Source of the DNA: Podarcis filfolensis
Lineage: Eukaryota
Assembly (NCBI GenBank): GCA_964270895.1
Contig: OZ185435.1
Direction: 5' to 3' (one strand)
Length of the DNA: 64,000 bases
The notes below the pieces were generated by a model. It was not told the DNA's origin, did not search any database, and saw nothing but the letters and a program-made list of their open reading frames with translations. A program made the translations under genes and the position numbers. Positions 12,293-23,311 of the stretch are shown here, in pieces (the stretch's first letter is position 1; each line of letters begins with the position of its first letter).

Positions 12293-14395
12293 ATGGATGC
12301 CAAGGACAGGGGGAGGGAAGAACGGAGTTCTAATTCCCCCACTGATGTTGCTACTGGAGAGGATGCTGTAGCTTTGAACGCTGTCCGATGTTACAATTGC
12401 GGACAGGCTGGGCATCTTCAGCGGAACTGCAAGAAGCCACGCCAGCCGAAAGGAGCGAAGGGCCGCTCAGCAAAGCCTGAGGCAGCAGGCAAAGGTCGTA
12501 CCAAGTCTTCGGTGAAACCTGCAAAGGCCCTGATGGCGAAAGGAACCACGCCAGATGTTGGACACTCGTTTGTGATCGATACGGGCTGTAATTTTCATAT
12601 GTCCCCACACAAGGCGCTCTTTTCGACGTTTAAGAAGCAAAGCTTCGCTGTGGAACAAGCCAACGGTCAGAAGCTGGAAGCGACCGGGGTTGGAACTGTG
12701 TATCTTAAGAGTCTGAACCTGACTATACACAATGTTTACTTGGTTCCTGAATTGAAGTTCAATCTGCTGAGTGTTTCGCAGATTGCAAAGAAAGGACTGA
12801 AACTGTCCTATGATGATAAGAGCTGCGAGATCTTCAAAGATGGAGAGTTATATCTTTCTGCCAGACAGAAAGATGGACTGTATTTGTTGACTTTTGACCA
12901 AAGTGATTACATGGAATGTAATTCTGAGTCTAACTTGATTTCTCTTGCAGGTGTGACCAAGACGAGCACCAAGAAGGTGGCCAGGGTCGACAGAGCATTT
13001 CAGCGGGTGTATGCTGATGTGATTGGTCCTCTAGAACCATCTAGAGGCAAAGCAAGATTTTATCTTGTGTGTGTAGATCATTTCTCTAACTTTGTCTGGG
13101 TTTATGTGTTAAAGAGGCCACAGGAAGCCTTGGAAAGGTTTCAGGAGTTTTGTGACAAGGTTAAAGATATGCATGATGCTAACATTGATTGTCTTTTGAC
13201 AGATGAGAAGCAGATTTTTCTTTTACAGGATTTCCAGAGGTTCCTGCACAAGAAAGGGATAAGACACAAGGTTGCTGTTTCAGCGGAAGCGTGGAACAGG
13301 GGTGTCTGTGTACGGGTGAACAAAGAATTGCAAAAGGGGATGAATGCGCAATTGCTTAGTTCACATCTGCCACATGAGTTCTGGGCGGAGTCACTCATGT
13401 CGTTTTGTCATGCGTGGGTGAGAAAGGTTTCAAAAGAGTTGGGAAGTTCTCCTTTTGAGAAACTGTTCCAGAGAAAACCTTCTGTTGCCCATTTCAAGGT
13501 TTTTGGGTCTCATGTGAGGACAGAAGCTCCAGGGGGAGTAAAGAATGCCAGAGGCATTTTTGTGGGATATGAAAAGGGTCTCTACAGAGTAATTTTGTCT
13601 GAATCTGGTCAGGTGATTCTCACAAAATTTCTAGAGAGTGCTCCTGAAAAGGAGAGAGTGATAGCACACACATTTCCCACAGAGGACGATTCAGATGATG
13701 ATGATGATTTCACAGAGTACAGTGGTACTGAGAGCGACAGTGATAGCTCAGAGAGCTCTGTTGTCACAGTCATTGAGAGGAAATCTCACACAACGGATAG
13801 ACCTTCACAGGTGAAGGTTGAACCACTGTTTACCATTGGAACTGGTTCTCCAAAGAGTCCTGAGACAGAACCAGTGAGCAGAGAGGATCAGCACCTCATA
13901 CGCAGGTCTGAGAGTGTCACAAAGGGTGAACCACCCAAAAGGTACTCAGAAGAGTATGCTAATTTAGCTGTTGCATGTGTTGCTGTTGTACACAACCGAG
14001 GACAGGTTGGAGCTGTGTCTAAGTCAGAGACAAAGACACAACAGAGAGTTGCTAGCCAAGGTAATGCAGATGCACTCATTCCTTGGAAGCTAGACAACCA
14101 GAGAGGTACACTGGGGAAACCAGTGGCGGGTAGTTCCAAGGGTGGAACTGAAACAACAGGGGAGTGTTATGTGTATAACAACTGTTTGTTTTCTTCTCTG
14201 GATCACGCTTTGCTTGCCGCAACATGCATTGATTCTTTTGGGGGAGGTTGTTACGAAAAAGGAGCAATGCTGCTGAGTGCTCCAGGTGGCTGGAAAGCCA
14301 AACAGGATGTTGATGTTATGGGACTGTACCGTGGGAACAAGGGACAGTCTATTATGTGCACTGAGCACCGGATGTTAGCTCAGAGTGTCACATGA
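12293..14395 (+). CDS. 700-aa Copia-derived polyprotein: CCHC zinc knuckle, aspartic protease, degenerate integrase core, acidic/Ser-rich tail. No capsid, RT or RNase H
   Basis: CYNCGQAGHLQRNC (12389-12430), FVIDTGCNFHM (DTG at 12578-12586), YADVIGP / LTDEKQIF / GVCVR integrase-like motifs. The last 49 codons lie in the 3' LTR. The track ORF starts at GTG 12266; the first ATG is at 12293. Confidence 0.88.
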   Translation: MDAKDRGREERSSNSPTDVATGEDAVALNAVRCYNCGQAGHLQRNCKKPRQPKGAKGRSAKPEAAGKGRTKSSVKPAKALMAKGTTPDVGHSFVIDTGCNFHMSPHKALFSTFKKQSFAVEQANGQKLEATGVGTVYLKSLNLTIHNVYLVPELKFNLLSVSQIAKKGLKLSYDDKSCEIFKDGELYLSARQKDGLYLLTFDQSDYMECNSESNLISLAGVTKTSTKKVARVDRAFQRVYADVIGPLEPSRGKARFYLVCVDHFSNFVWVYVLKRPQEALERFQEFCDKVKDMHDANIDCLLTDEKQIFLLQDFQRFLHKKGIRHKVAVSAEAWNRGVCVRVNKELQKGMNAQLLSSHLPHEFWAESLMSFCHAWVRKVSKELGSSPFEKLFQRKPSVAHFKVFGSHVRTEAPGGVKNARGIFVGYEKGLYRVILSESGQVILTKFLESAPEKERVIAHTFPTEDDSDDDDDFTEYSGTESDSDSSESSVVTVIERKSHTTDRPSQVKVEPLFTIGTGSPKSPETEPVSREDQHLIRRSESVTKGEPPKRYSEEYANLAVACVAVVHNRGQVGAVSKSETKTQQRVASQGNADALIPWKLDNQRGTLGKPVAGSSKGGTETTGECYVYNNCLFSSLDHALLAATCIDSFGGGCYEKGAMLLSAPGGWKAKQDVDVMGLYRGNKGQSIMCTEHRMLAQSVT
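14238..14248 (+). promoter_or_regulatory. Polypurine tract of the Copia-type element
   Basis: TTTGGGGGAGGT directly before the 3' LTR. Confidence 0.8.
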
Positions 14396-14703
14396 CCCTG
14401 TACTGGAAGTACATGGGTGGAGTTATTCTCTCTCTGGCTGCTGATGTGAGAGGGTGCAGACACGTTTCTCTGCACTACTGGAAAGACAGAAATAAAGGCA
14501 TGTAAATACATTTCTGTCTGTCTCTCTCCCCTCCCTGGGAGTGAGGGAGGAGGGATGGTTGTGTTCTTCTCACGTTGAGGAGAATCGGCCGATAGAGACC
14601 TCGCCTTGTCTTGCCGGGAGTCGCTGACGGGGAGGTCAACATGGAATCAAAGCCGGGCACCTGGAGAGTGCCAAATTCCTCTGACAAGGCTTGAGATTCA
14701 ACA
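14249..14703 (+). repeat. 3' LTR of the Copia-type element
   Basis: Matches the 5' LTR except CCAGGT versus CCAGAT near its start. Confidence 0.97.
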
Positions 14704-14942
14704 CTGGTAACCTGGTAGTTGAATTACTGCAATGCATTATATATATGAAGCTGCTTTAGAAAATGGCTTGGAAACTTCACTTGGTCAAAACAGGGCAGCT
14801 AGGTTATTACTGGAGAGTGGTAAATATGATTGTATTACAGCAGTGCTCCATCATTTGGAAGCCGGCTAGAGTGACTGGGGCAACCTAGTTAGATGGATGG
14901 GGTACAAAATAAAAATAATTAATATTAGCAGCAGCAGCAGCA

Positions 14943-15330
14943 CCATACCTTCCAACATTTCTCCAATGAAAATAGGGATGTCCTATTCCATAATAATAGT
15001 TTTATTTTTTTATACCCCATTCATCTGACTGTGTTGCCCCAGCCACATGGGGCGGCTTGCAACATATATAAACACATAATAAAACATTAAACATTTTTTA
15101 AAAAACTTCCCTATACAGGGCTTCCTTCAGATCTCTTCTAAAGGTTGCATAGTGACTTATCTTCTAGGCTCAGGGGTCGCATAACTCCATACCCTCCAAC
15201 ATTTCTCCAATGAAAATAGGGACTTGCTAAGGAAAAGTGGGACATTCTGGGATCAAGTCAGAAACCAGGACGGCTTCTGTAAATCTGGGACTGTCCCTGG
15301 AAAATAGGGACATTTGGAGGGTCTGCTGCA
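14943..15330. repeat. Composite interspersed repeat with an internal direct repeat
   Basis: CCAACATTTCTCCAATGAAAATAGGGA occurs near 14952 and 15198, bracketing an L2-like tail fragment. Confidence 0.55.
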
Positions 15331-15619
15331 CTGGCTCCCAATCTGTTTCTGGGACTTTTAAAGCTCTGCATGGCTTCAGGACAGGCTACTTAAAGGATCA
15401 TCTTCTCAGCAGTTGGGTATGTGCGGCTGCATGAGCAAAGCCCATCGACTTAAGCATAACCCTGACCTTGCCACCTCGCCCTTGCTCAAGATCTCAATAG
15501 CTAGTTATATTGATTCATATATATTATAGAAATGAGTCTTACAGGGAGAAATCACTCATACACCTTGCGGGGGGTGGGAATGGATGCCAGCAAAGGATAA
15601 GAAAAGTAAGCAACCTCAC

Positions 15620-15798
15620 CTCTCCCATGGGCACACTTTCCATCTTTTTCTCATACGCTACAGCCCCCTCCAGCCCCTTCTCACGAAAGACCCGCTCCGT
15701 CTCGTCTGAAAAGAGTACAGCATCACCGTCAAAGACGACGCGCAGCTGGGTGCTGGGAGCCTGTATCTCCTGCTGGAAGATGAGTGCTGCTGAAACTC
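15620..15798 (-). CDS. NT5C1A-like: 5'-nucleotidase I family, coding exon 5, with HAD motif I (QLRVVFDGDAVLFSDE)
   Basis: 179 nt, CATACAG| and |GTGAGG. DxDxV nucleophile motif intact. Confidence 0.95.
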
Positions 15799-16559
15799 CT
15801 GTATGACAGAGAGACGGTTAGATTGCCTGTCTGGAAGTGGTTCAGCAGAGGATGCATGATAGACACAGCTTGGGCTAGGCCCCAATTTAAATATCCTATT
15901 CTCTGGCATGAAATGATCTCCTGAGGTTAAGCAGACACAGATGTGGTGTATCTCTGGAAGTGACAGATGTGAGGCATGCTCTGTTGGTTCACAGCCTGCT
16001 CATGACTATTAAAGCTTTTAGATGTCACAACTGACTGCTTTATTTTTTTGTTTTATTTTGCTGTCAGCCTTCAAAGGGAGGAGGACAGGTTGTCTTTGAT
16101 GCAGCTGCCTTGTCACAACAACAGGCTCCAGGGGGAAAGCAGAAGAGACGAAGCAGTCTTGCCTGGGGTTGAAGCCTCTCTCCCACTTTCTCCATGCACT
16201 AGCTGAACAGGTCAGTGTTTCCTCAAGATGTCTGTTCAGAAGTGTGAGGAACACTGCAGGGAAACGCTATTCCTCTTCCGCAACGAATGTGACTTTCCTC
16301 ACAATCACGCCACTAGAGGAACTTACCACACTAAACAATGACACCAGCTGGGATTTATCCGGGGTACAAACCCACAAACAGCATTTCGGAGCGAGAGAGC
16401 AAGCACATTTCTCTGTTGTTTGAACTTGATGGGGCGCAGATGATTTTGAGAGGACATATGGAAGGAGAGATGGTAGGCCCAGGACATAAAATAAAAGCAA
16501 TGTCAACAAACTGTAACAGGAAATTTTTAGGCGAAAGAAAAGAAGAAACAGAAACAAAC

Positions 16560-16682
16560 CTCTCTGAAGCGCATTGCACACATCTGTCATGTCAGCTGAG
16601 AGGAAAAGCTTCACATTGTGGGTTTTCAAGTATTGGGTAGAATCTTCATCACTGACAAAACAAAACTTGGAGATCTCCAGAC
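16560..16682 (-). CDS. NT5C1A-like: 5'-nucleotidase I family, coding exon 4 (LEISKFCFVSDEDSTQYLKTHNVKLFLSADMTDVCNALQR)
   Basis: 123 nt, TAAAG| and |GTTTGT, phase 1-1. Matches NT5C1 'RFC...YLKAY..NLYLSAD'. Confidence 0.9.
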
Positions 16683-19398
16683 CTTTAATCCAGGGAAAAA
16701 TAAATATTGTGCAGTAGTTGTAAAGGGGGGGACTACAAGGAGTTTAAGCATATTAGAAGAAAATATACACTATTACAAGGTCTGATTTGCAGGGCTGAAC
16801 TAGGCAACCTCTTCTTAATCTTGGTTGTGTAACACTTAGAAATTGTCACCAGATGTCACTATAGTGCTGCTTGCACAGCTAGAACAAAAGGTATCAAGTC
16901 TTTCATTCTGGACCAAACTGGATACAATGTCAATGGCATGTAAGCAATTCATGGGCATAGTGTTTTTTTAAATGCGAATGTGGGGAGGCCCAAGCAGGAT
17001 CAGGACTGTGATGCACAGGGAGGGGCATCATCAATCATTTCCCCGGTCACCACCTTGGCAAAAATCACTCCGGAAGTTGGCATTAGCCTTAGGAAGAAAG
17101 CTCCCATTGGTGCCCTAGAACCGACACTTCACAGACTCAGTCAAATCTATGCTCAGTCACAGCACCAGTGTTGGAGTGCAACTCTGATGGGGTAAACATA
17201 TGTTCGTTTTTAGCCCCATCCCAATATTAAGTTTTGACTCTCTGTTGTAATAGAAATCAAGAAAATCATAGGCATTGACCTAGCATTCAATCAGTTGTTT
17301 ATCCTGTTTAGATATATGTAGGTTAAAGTGCCAGATCAGAATGTGGAAATGTTCACTTTTAATAGCAACTCAATTGATTATTGATTGTTGATTAGTCAGC
17401 ATTGCAAAAAGATTACCCCACCTTCTATAGGAGGCCAGTGTCTGTAGGTATGAGATATGGCTTATTCAATCCAACTTTGTAAGAGTCGGAGAAGGGAGTT
17501 GCCAAAATAATGTCCTTATTGAGAAATTGAACTTCTTCACGCAGTATTGGAACAATAGAGTACAGGACACAATACAGCCCTGCTCTGTTTTGGAATGGAT
17601 TTAAGCAACAGTACTAATTACAAAAGCAGAACAGCAGCACTGTTAAAATCTATGATTATATTATTCTAACAGCACTGCTGTTCTGTTTTTATAAATACTG
17701 TCAAGCATGGCAAAATGATTAAAGTGGCCATACGATGGGAACACCCACAAACTATTCTGCATCTTTTATTGTTTTCTTTCATTTTCACTAATAAAGAAAG
17801 AGGAAGGAACTACAGAAAGTTGTGATCTTCAAAATGTGGGTTTTTCTACATTTGATGCACGTACAGGGATGGGAGTGGTTATCTAAAGCACATACCCAAG
17901 CCCTGAGAGAGGGGTTTGGGGCCCATGAGATCGTGCTGATAGTTTGAGGCAGTCTCAGGCTCACATGCCCTTGCATTTTGAATCTGAAAGTCCCTGTCTT
18001 GGTTCCAGGCGCCTTCCCCCCTCAGCACCCGCACTGTGGTATGCCCTCAAGGGTGCCTGTTCCACCCATACAAGTCCGGGGAAATAAGTACAGCTGGTTA
18101 AACTGTACCTAGGTGAGTCAGAGCTTGAGACCACACCTTGGCTGCTTCCAGGTAGCCTTGTGTTTCTGCTCACATAACTTCACAGCGTCCCCAGCTCACA
18201 TCCTTACACAATGGGGAATAAACACCACAGGAAAAGTGGCAACCTTGCCAACATGTAAATGCAGCACTTGCTCTCTGCTCTTCCCTGCTGCGTCCTTTGT
18301 GGAAACTTCCCTCCATACTTTTATGTCTGTAGCACGTACCCTTTCCCTGCCAATTGTGGGGAGGCTGCAAAGTCTCAGAGCTCATATTCACAGCTATAAC
18401 CCAGATGATTCTTAAATGTGTCATCTCCTTCTTGGAGTACATGCCTGGTTCTGATTTTTTTTTTGGAATGTGGACCTAGTCACAGGCAGATTGGGCTGAA
18501 TGGAAGCCATCTCTGTCCCAAAGTGGTGAAGCAGGGGTACATGCAGACACAAGTCTTCAAGGAAGCTAGTTGACATGTGGGATAAGTATAGACTGAACCA
18601 TTTGCAATATGAGACACTGCCATGTGTCTTCATTCATGAGTCTGTTCCATCCCATCTCCACATTTACCTGTGTGTGTGTTTTTGAAAGCATGAAAATTTA
18701 TAGTTAAATTTGGATTTAAGTACATATTTTATCATAAACAATGCATTTCAGTACATATTTCATTGCAATGCGGGCAATCATAAACATACTTTATATAATG
18801 CACAAATTTCAACAGATTTTTATACATTCTTTGATCCAACGCAACGACTGCTTCGCAACATTTGGAGAGGTGTGAAATCCAAAAGATAATTTCAGTGCAA
18901 ACTTGGTCAGCGCACTGAAATATGTGGGCCAAACAACATTATCCTCCATCCTGAGCTGCCACTAAATTTTGGAGCCAAGTGCTCCCTGCCTTCTTCACCT
19001 TCTGCCTGCAAACAATATAGTCCTGTTCATATAGATCATGATCATAAAACAAAGATGGTGTCTTAGGCTGCAGTCCAAACCATATTTATTCAGAAGTAAG
19101 TCCCTCACTGAATGCAACAGGCTTACTCCCTGGTGGGATTCCGCCATAAGTTACTTACTAGTGCTATTTGTTCCTCCCTACTCCCTGGTATGTATATTGT
19201 TGTGAGTTTTTTCACACTTAAAGTGACCTCCATGCATGCACTTTGGCAATATACAGGGACTATTTGTGCTTTAAGATCAGCAGGATGACCTGTGTGGTGT
19301 GAGGGCCAAGGGAAGTGCATTGTCAGTGGTGATTCTTTGCATATGGAACTCCCTCTATTTCAAGGTGTGTGCAGTCCTGCCTTTATGTAGTGTTAGGT

Positions 19399-19535
19399 CA
19401 GGTATCCCCAACCTGTGGCCCTCCAGATGTTTTGGCCTATAACTCTCATGATCCCTAGCTAACAAGGACCAGCGGTCAGGGATGATGGGAATTGTAGTCC
19501 AAAACATCTGGAGGGCCGAAGGTTGGGGATGCCTG
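19399..19535. mobile_element. hAT MITE
   Basis: TIR CAGG.ATCCCCAACCT, 8-bp TSD TGTTAGGT. Confidence 0.9.
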
Positions 19536-20183
19536 TGTTAGGTGATTTGTCAAAATGCACCTTTTTGGTGTGCATTTGGAATACAAGGTTGACTAGAAAA
19601 AAGGTCTAATTTGCTGCTGGTGGTACTGTTAGTAAATTGCTACATAAATTGAATCATTATGAGCTGCTGTGCTTTACAGTTTAAATGAGTGTGTGTGGTT
19701 TTTTTTAAAAGAGTTTACTTCTTTTTAATTCATTTGACCTTTTAGCAAAGTGCTCTGTGGCTTCTGCAAAGGGCAGGATATATATCACTGAAACAAACTA
19801 ATAAATGAAACCACATTTGCCTGTGGCTGCCTGATTTGTGCAAATGCATGAGCCTTTTTCTAGATGACTACTCCAGGTATGGGTCTCCCAAGGCACTCAG
19901 AAGTGGTCCTCTATAAGCATGAACTAGCCTCCTACTCCATACTAAGTGCTGTCTTCCTAGCACAGGGATGAATGGCTTTGTAGCCTGTCCAGTGTCCTTA
20001 CCTCTTTTCGTTTCGCGATTCACAATACATACGGACTCGTCATTGTAATGTGCAGAAATGCAAACGAGGTCATGAGGAAATCAAAATTACCCCAAGAAAG
20101 AATGAAATTTACAATGAATGGAAAAAATGAAATCTAGAGGTTTCTGGAAAATGGCTTAACAGTCTTATGTCTAGGACACCTAC

Positions 20184-20313
20184 CATGTTGCTTAGCACTG
20201 TTGATGACCCGCACACCACTCTCTGGACTGTTATTGGAGAGGACAATCACGTCAAAGAGCTCCTTCTCCTCTGGGTCTCTTTCAAGAAGTTTCTTGTTCA
20301 CAAACTGTGCTGC
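20184..20313 (-). CDS. NT5C1A-like: 5'-nucleotidase I family, coding exon 3 (AAQFVNKKLLERDPEEKELFDVIVLSNNSPESGVRVINSAKQHG)
   Basis: 130 nt, CCCCAG| and |GTAGGT. Matches NT5C1 '[20 protein letters not shown]'. Confidence 0.93.
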
Positions 20314-20774
20314 CTGGGGCGGGGGAGAAGAGTCCAGAGGTGTATTACCATTCATTACTATATAAACCCTGGGCTTTAAGGCTGTAAGTGGTGAAGGCAA
20401 ATGTGTTAGCATTTTAAATATGGCTCAGATTACGGTATTTGAAAGCATCTTCACTACTCTGAAAGCACAGGTGCATATTACTGTGCGAGAGGGAGTCGTG
20501 AAGAAGAAAAACCAGATCCACAATTTTCTAGCAGTTTCAGGGAACTGCTTCTGTCACAGGCAAAACTGATTGTACAGTATTTGCACTGCTTATGGTGCTC
20601 TCACATACCCACTCCCCAGTTGTGGGACAAAGCAATTTTGCAACCATTTATATATATATTAAAAACTGGAATTTTTTGCAAGGCAAAGTATGAATGTGCA
20701 TGCAAAAGAACACTTATACATTCATTTAAAACATCTTTACTGTCTGATTGAAACATGACGGGGGCAAGATTAAC

Positions 20775-20837
20775 AGACACTTTTGCTGTTGAAATGGGTG
20801 GCAGTAACTGCCACCCATTTCAACAGCAAAAGTGTCT
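20775..20837. repeat. Perfect inverted repeat, 31-bp arms with a 1-nt spacer
   Basis: AGACACTTTTGCTGTTGAAATGGGTGGCAGT-A-ACTGCCACCCATTTCAACAGCAAAAGTGTCT. Confidence 0.97.
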
Positions 20838-20921
20838 ATTAATTCTGAGATGAGAATTTTAAAAGACACAGGGGATCTGTATTTCACACATGCCTTGACC
20901 GAGCTCTTCTGGGCACTTTAC

Positions 20922-21089
20922 CTGGATAAAAGCAAAGGCTGTTCCTGGCTCCAAAGGGTTGTTCTCGTTCGTTTGCTGATGCTTCACATACTCCTCCTTT
21001 CCCTTTGTCAAAAAGATCTCGTGCTCCTTTTCCAGGTTGAAAATAGCCCTTGTTGTCACAGCAATGACCAGAGCTTCCTTGGGATCTTT
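20922..21089 (-). CDS. NT5C1A-like: 5'-nucleotidase I family, coding exon 2 (KDPKEALVIAVTTRAIFNLE...GTAFAFIQ)
   Basis: 168 nt, CTCTTCAG| acceptor and |GTAAAG donor. Resembles NT5C1A 'AVTIAVSSRALF...PGPAFPFVK'. Confidence 0.93.
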
Positions 21090-22166
21090 CTGAAGAGGAG
21101 AAGCCCGAGAACAAAGTCGAGGTTTGGCAACCAACATTGGTCAAGAGGGAAAAGTGCGCTGAAGGAAACCTGAACGAACATTTGTGTCTCACCTGTATAT
21201 TTGCCACTCCTCCCCACTCAAAGCCACACTATTTGGATTTAAGACTATTTCACTGCTATATGTTTTGGCCACCTCTCCTTACACAAACTGATCTGGAAAC
21301 AGTAATCATCATCCAAGGCCCTTCTTCATGAGCTCCTTTCATAAGAAGTCTGGAGGGTGGTATCTCTGCTTGTGCAATGCTCTCTCCAGGAAGATTTCCC
21401 TGGCACCATCTCAATCTATCGTTAGGTGCCAGGCTATAAACTTCCCCTTTGACCCTGGCTTTTGGCCCTTGATTTGAAGGAGTTCTAAATATGTGTGGCC
21501 TCTCTTAGTGAGGCAGGATCTCTAAAACCTGTCTTTTATTTGTTTGGATATGCTTTTAAAGGTTTTTATTAGTTGTGTTTATTGTAATTGGTTTTAATAT
21601 TTAAAATTTGTGTTGCTTTTGTGAATATAAACAACAGCAGCAGCAAGAATATGCTTATAGCACATACCTCTACCTTCTTGGGAAACTAATGCTCAGAAAC
21701 ATGTATATCCTGGCAAGCTTAAGGCAAGCTGTCCCTATAATTACATCCCCTGCAGAGAGCACAGATGTGATGAAGCAGAACTTGAACTCCAGTGTCAGGA
21801 CTCCCAGCCCATGACTTTAATTTGTGAGCTGGCAAAGGAACTACAGAAAGCAGCCAGACTAGTTTTAGGCATGTTTGAACAGCAATAGGCCAGAGTACAT
21901 CATCTGGTACCAGCAGCTTGCAGGTTAGGCTTGCTCACTTGACTTGAGTAACGAGAGGACTATTATTAGCCCTTGCGAGGTAAGTGCAAATCTGCAACCT
22001 TGTGGTGGTAAAAGCAGCTGTGGGTGGAGTTTTAGGAACCAAATGACTGAAAGGATAAAGGTAGTATTCCTTTTCGTTGTCATCTTTGGATAGAAACCCC
22101 TCACCGACAGTTCTCAACAGAGAAATGACCTTTAGGATTCCCAGGGAGCATTCTGCCTTTGAGTTA

Positions 22167-22517
22167 AAAGGTAAATGGACCCCTGACCATTAGGTCCAGT
22201 CGTGACCGGCTCTGGGGTTGGGGCACTCATCTTGCTTTATTGGCCGAGGGATCCGGCGTACAGCTTCCAGGTCATGTGGCCAGCATGACTAAGCCGCTTC
22301 TGGCAAACCAGAGCAGCACACAGAAACGCTGTTTACCTTCCTGCCGGAGCGGTACCTATTTATCTACTTGCACTTTGACGTGCTTTCGAACTGCTAGGTT
22401 GGCAGGAGCAGGGACTGAGCAACAGGAGCTCACCCCGTCATGGGGATTCGAACTGCCGACCTTCTGATCAGCAAGCCCTAGGCTCTGTGGTTTAACCCAC
22501 AGCGCCACCCACGTCCC
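22167..22517 (+). mobile_element. Full-length Sauria-type SINE
   Basis: GGTAAA.GGACCCCTGACCATTAGGTCCAGTC... body with a 12-bp TSD GCCTTTGAGTTA. Confidence 0.9.
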
Positions 22518-22937
22518 GCCTTTGAGTTAGACTGAGCCTAATGGGAAGCACCCTGCTTTGTTTTGGAGGAACTTTCTGATCATTCCAGACCCAGAAAGGG
22601 TTCAGTGCCAGAGAACATGCTTTTTCATGAAAAGCACCCCAGGTTCAAACCCTAATATCTCCAGCTAGGGGAGAGACGCTGCCAATCAGTGTTGACAGTA
22701 TTGGGCTAGATGGACCGATGGTCTGACTCGGCATCTTTTTTTTTGTAAATAAATTTGTATTAGTTTTCCAATATTCCCCCAATAATAGCCAAATTATAAC
22801 AATATCAATATCTGACTCAGTATCCAAGGCAACTTCCTATATTCCTATGGTCTCTGAAACACAGAATATGCCGAACCAATTTGGTGTTCTAAGTTTGGGA
22901 CCAAATTTTGAATCTCTTGGTTTTCATTTGCCCATAA

Positions 22938-23061
22938 CAGGCATAGGCAAACTCCGGCCTCCAGATGTTTTGGGACTACAACTCCCATCATCCCTAGCTA
23001 ACAGGACCAGTGGTCAGGGATGATGGGAATTGTAGTCCAAAAAACATCTTGCCTATGCCTG
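22938..23061. mobile_element. hAT MITE, same internal core as 19399-19535
   Basis: TIR CAGGCATAGGCAA, TSD GCCCATAA/CCCCATAA. Confidence 0.85.
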
Positions 23062-23266
23062 CCCCATAACAGTGGTACTGTACTGTTCACATATCTCTAG
23101 GCTGTATTTGTCTGGAAAAAGAGACTCCTCAGTGTCTTAGTGTATACTGAAGGGGAAACCAGTTTCATTATGTTTAGAACCCTATTGTACTTAATTGAAA
23201 GAAAACAAAATATAGTTCCTCCTTTAATATGCTGACTATAAACTACTATAGCTATTAATGCCATAC

Positions 23267-23311
23267 CTGGGTCACACTGGTGTTTATGACTGTGCTTTCG
23301 AGGTCTGCCAT
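23267..23311 (-). CDS. NT5C1A-like: Cytosolic 5'-nucleotidase I family gene, coding exon 1 (MADLESTVINTSVTQ). Full CDS = complement(join(10359..10661,15620..15798,16560..16682,20184..20313,20922..21089,23267..23311)), 948 nt, 315 aa
   Basis: ATG in GAAGATGG context, 45 nt to a GT donor (CAG|GTATGG), phase 0 matching the next exon. An acceptor (CCTCCTTCAAG|) lies 14 nt upstream of the ATG. Confidence 0.75.

Larger units (their letters stand above)
11325..14703 (+). mobile_element. Young, non-autonomous Ty1/Copia-type LTR retrotransposon, antisense in the last intron of the nucleotidase gene
   Basis: TG...CA LTRs at 11325-11779 and 14249-14703 (455 bp, one substitution seen). 5-bp TSD CTGGT (11320-11324 and 14704-14708), tRNA-iMet PBS, polypurine tract, and Copia domain order PR-IN. 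Confidence 0.96.

Noticed and set aside
17622-17690. Imperfect inverted repeat (AAAAGCAGAACAGCAG...CTGCTGTTCTGTTTT)
   Set aside because: Short and mismatched, with an AT-rich loop; most likely an old MITE remnant.
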